Positions 62,501-64,000 of a stretch of 64,000 nucleotides of DNA are shown here, one piece after another. Positions within the stretch are counted from its first letter, which is position 1. Each line of letters opens with the position of its first letter. Source of the DNA: Obrimoposthia wandeli (Eukaryota). The notes beneath the pieces are model-generated. The model ran no database searches, was not told the DNA's origin, and saw only the letters and a program-made list of their open reading frames with translations. A program made the position numbers and the translations under genes. The DNA lies in assembly GCA_977020255.1 (NCBI GenBank), contig CDROCS010002890.1, positions 1 to 64,000 on the forward strand, read 5' to 3'.

Positions 62501-64000
62501 ATTCTGCGCCGGAGAACAACTCAGGCAACTGAAGGATTCAACTTACCGCCAATATATACCCTTTCAGTAGTTATTTTGACTTTCACCCTGGACAATCCAG
62601 TCGTGATCAGTTAGTATTGCCTTGTAGCGGACTTCTACTAAGATCCAACGGTTAAAAGTTTTTGCTTTTCAAGAGAAAAGAAACAACCCACTGCTTATTG
62701 TTTGTTAATATCTTATGACTACCTGCCACATTCTGATATTTTCATTATTTTCATCGATGGTTATTACTTTAGTGTCGCCAAGAAAGCAATGATAAACTGT
62801 TTACACAGTAAACGAGTGAGTTTCAGCGCCTAAAAACGGGCAGCAAGCATCCTGCCAATCGTTTTAACTCGAAGCCGCCAATTACGTCAAAACTATGGTC
62901 AACTGAGTTTTATGCGATCTATGTCGATTGCCAGCTGGCAGGCCAATATCTATTTCTGTACTTTTCAATAGAAGTCTCTTGTTGTATTGAAATTGAAGGT
63001 TGTTTTTAGCATGATTAGGCCATGTTCCAGATATCGCAACAGATAGCAAGACAACACCATTCTGTAGTTAAATAGCAAATATTAACCCAATTCATTCTAT
63101 TTGTATACCTGTTAGTTTGATGAATTCAAACTTTCTAATTTCACCGGCACACCAACTAAACCCAGCATTAACCCCACTTTCACTTTAATTAACTGCTTTT
63201 GTTCCATCGCTACTTCCTTATTATCATCACAAACTATAACACGTTAAGCCGAATCAAGTTATGTTTGTTTTTAATTTAAACTGATTCTTTTAAGCTAGCG
63301 ATTGCATCTTCATCTAAATATACAATCTTGTGATCTGCTAATAGATGGTAGTCCTGAAGTGGTGCGTGTGAAGGGCATGCAAGTAGTAACGTCTAAATCT
63401 CTGCCATTTCTTTTATATTCATTGCTTTTATGCTCATTGCTTTTCCTTGTACTTTAACTTTGGTTTATGTAAATTACATTGTCAACGATTGCAGTAACAT
63501 AGGTGTAATTTCTTCACATGATGGCAATATTGACTCTTTCAGGTATGCGGATAACTTAGCTCACCTTTAAATATTTATCTGTTTTTATGTTATCGCGTAG
63601 GGCCGTTACTTTAACGTTACCTTTGCCTTTTGATACAAAAACTTATTGAACTGTAATATTATTTGGCCGGTTCGATTTCTGACCGATGTAGCCATGGCTA
63701 TCTGCAGCAACAATATATGTATCCATTAAGTTCCTATGATTTCAATTGCCTTTTTTACTGTGCATAACTGTATTTCAATCGGCTTGTTTTTTATGCCACT
63801 TTCAGCAACATAACACGCAAGAAAGTTTTAATACTTGCTTGTCCATCTTGCCAACAGCACCACGTAACATATCATGTGAATATTTACTGCCATCAATCAT
63901 GTTAGGCTCAATCTCTTCCTTGCGATCGGTTATTGCTGAAATTGATTCAGGGTAAATTTAAATTTAGTTTTATCAGAAAATACCAGCTTATTGATCAGGT
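50580..64000. repeat. Highly error-rich direct copy of ~3775-18879
   Basis: Collinear with the first copy through portal, head, HNH, ATPase, ssb, helicase, intein and DUF3987; ~15.1 kb is represented by ~13.4 kb, and all ORFs are shattered by short deletions. Confidence 0.97.

Noticed and set aside
50580-64000. A decayed second prophage or pseudogene island
   Set aside because: Differences from the first copy are dense short indels with perfect collinearity and uniform loss of all ORFs, typical of raw long-read error rather than evolutionary decay.
1-64000. Temperate lifestyle / integrated prophage
   Set aside because: No integrase, ParA/B, CI-like repressor or flanking host genes recognised.

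Overview
The window holds one complete ~46.8 kb genome of a tailed dsDNA siphovirus. Its T1/Drexlerviridae-like gene set and AT-rich sequence suggest a marine gammaproteobacterial host (inference), and no integrase or CI-type repressor was seen, so it is probably lytic. The genome is repeated head-to-tail: base 1 matches base 46792. Only ~4.6-50.6 kb reads cleanly; both flanks are frameshift-ridden copies that look like unpolished long-read sequence. Modules present: portal/head, recombination (Sak4-like ATPase, RecE-like exonuclease, SSB), replication (SF2 helicase, CHC2 primase-like protein, DUF3987 protein, putative origin), terminase, capsid, neck, tail, tailspike, M15 endolysin and a Dam-type methylase. 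Two highlights: (1) four of the five HNH endonuclease genes sit directly behind a compact promoter + ~50-nt three-helix RNA whose variable loop is complementary to a site in its own leader, just upstream of the ribosome-binding site. The cassette is reminiscent of P1 C4 antisense RNA, and scaffold and nuclease types appear shuffled. (2) A 306-aa LAGLIDADG intein splits the primase CHC2 zinc finger at a Zn-ligand Cys and carries both Cys1 and the class-3 W-C-T triplet. All product calls come from motif recognition by eye; no database searches or folding programs were run.
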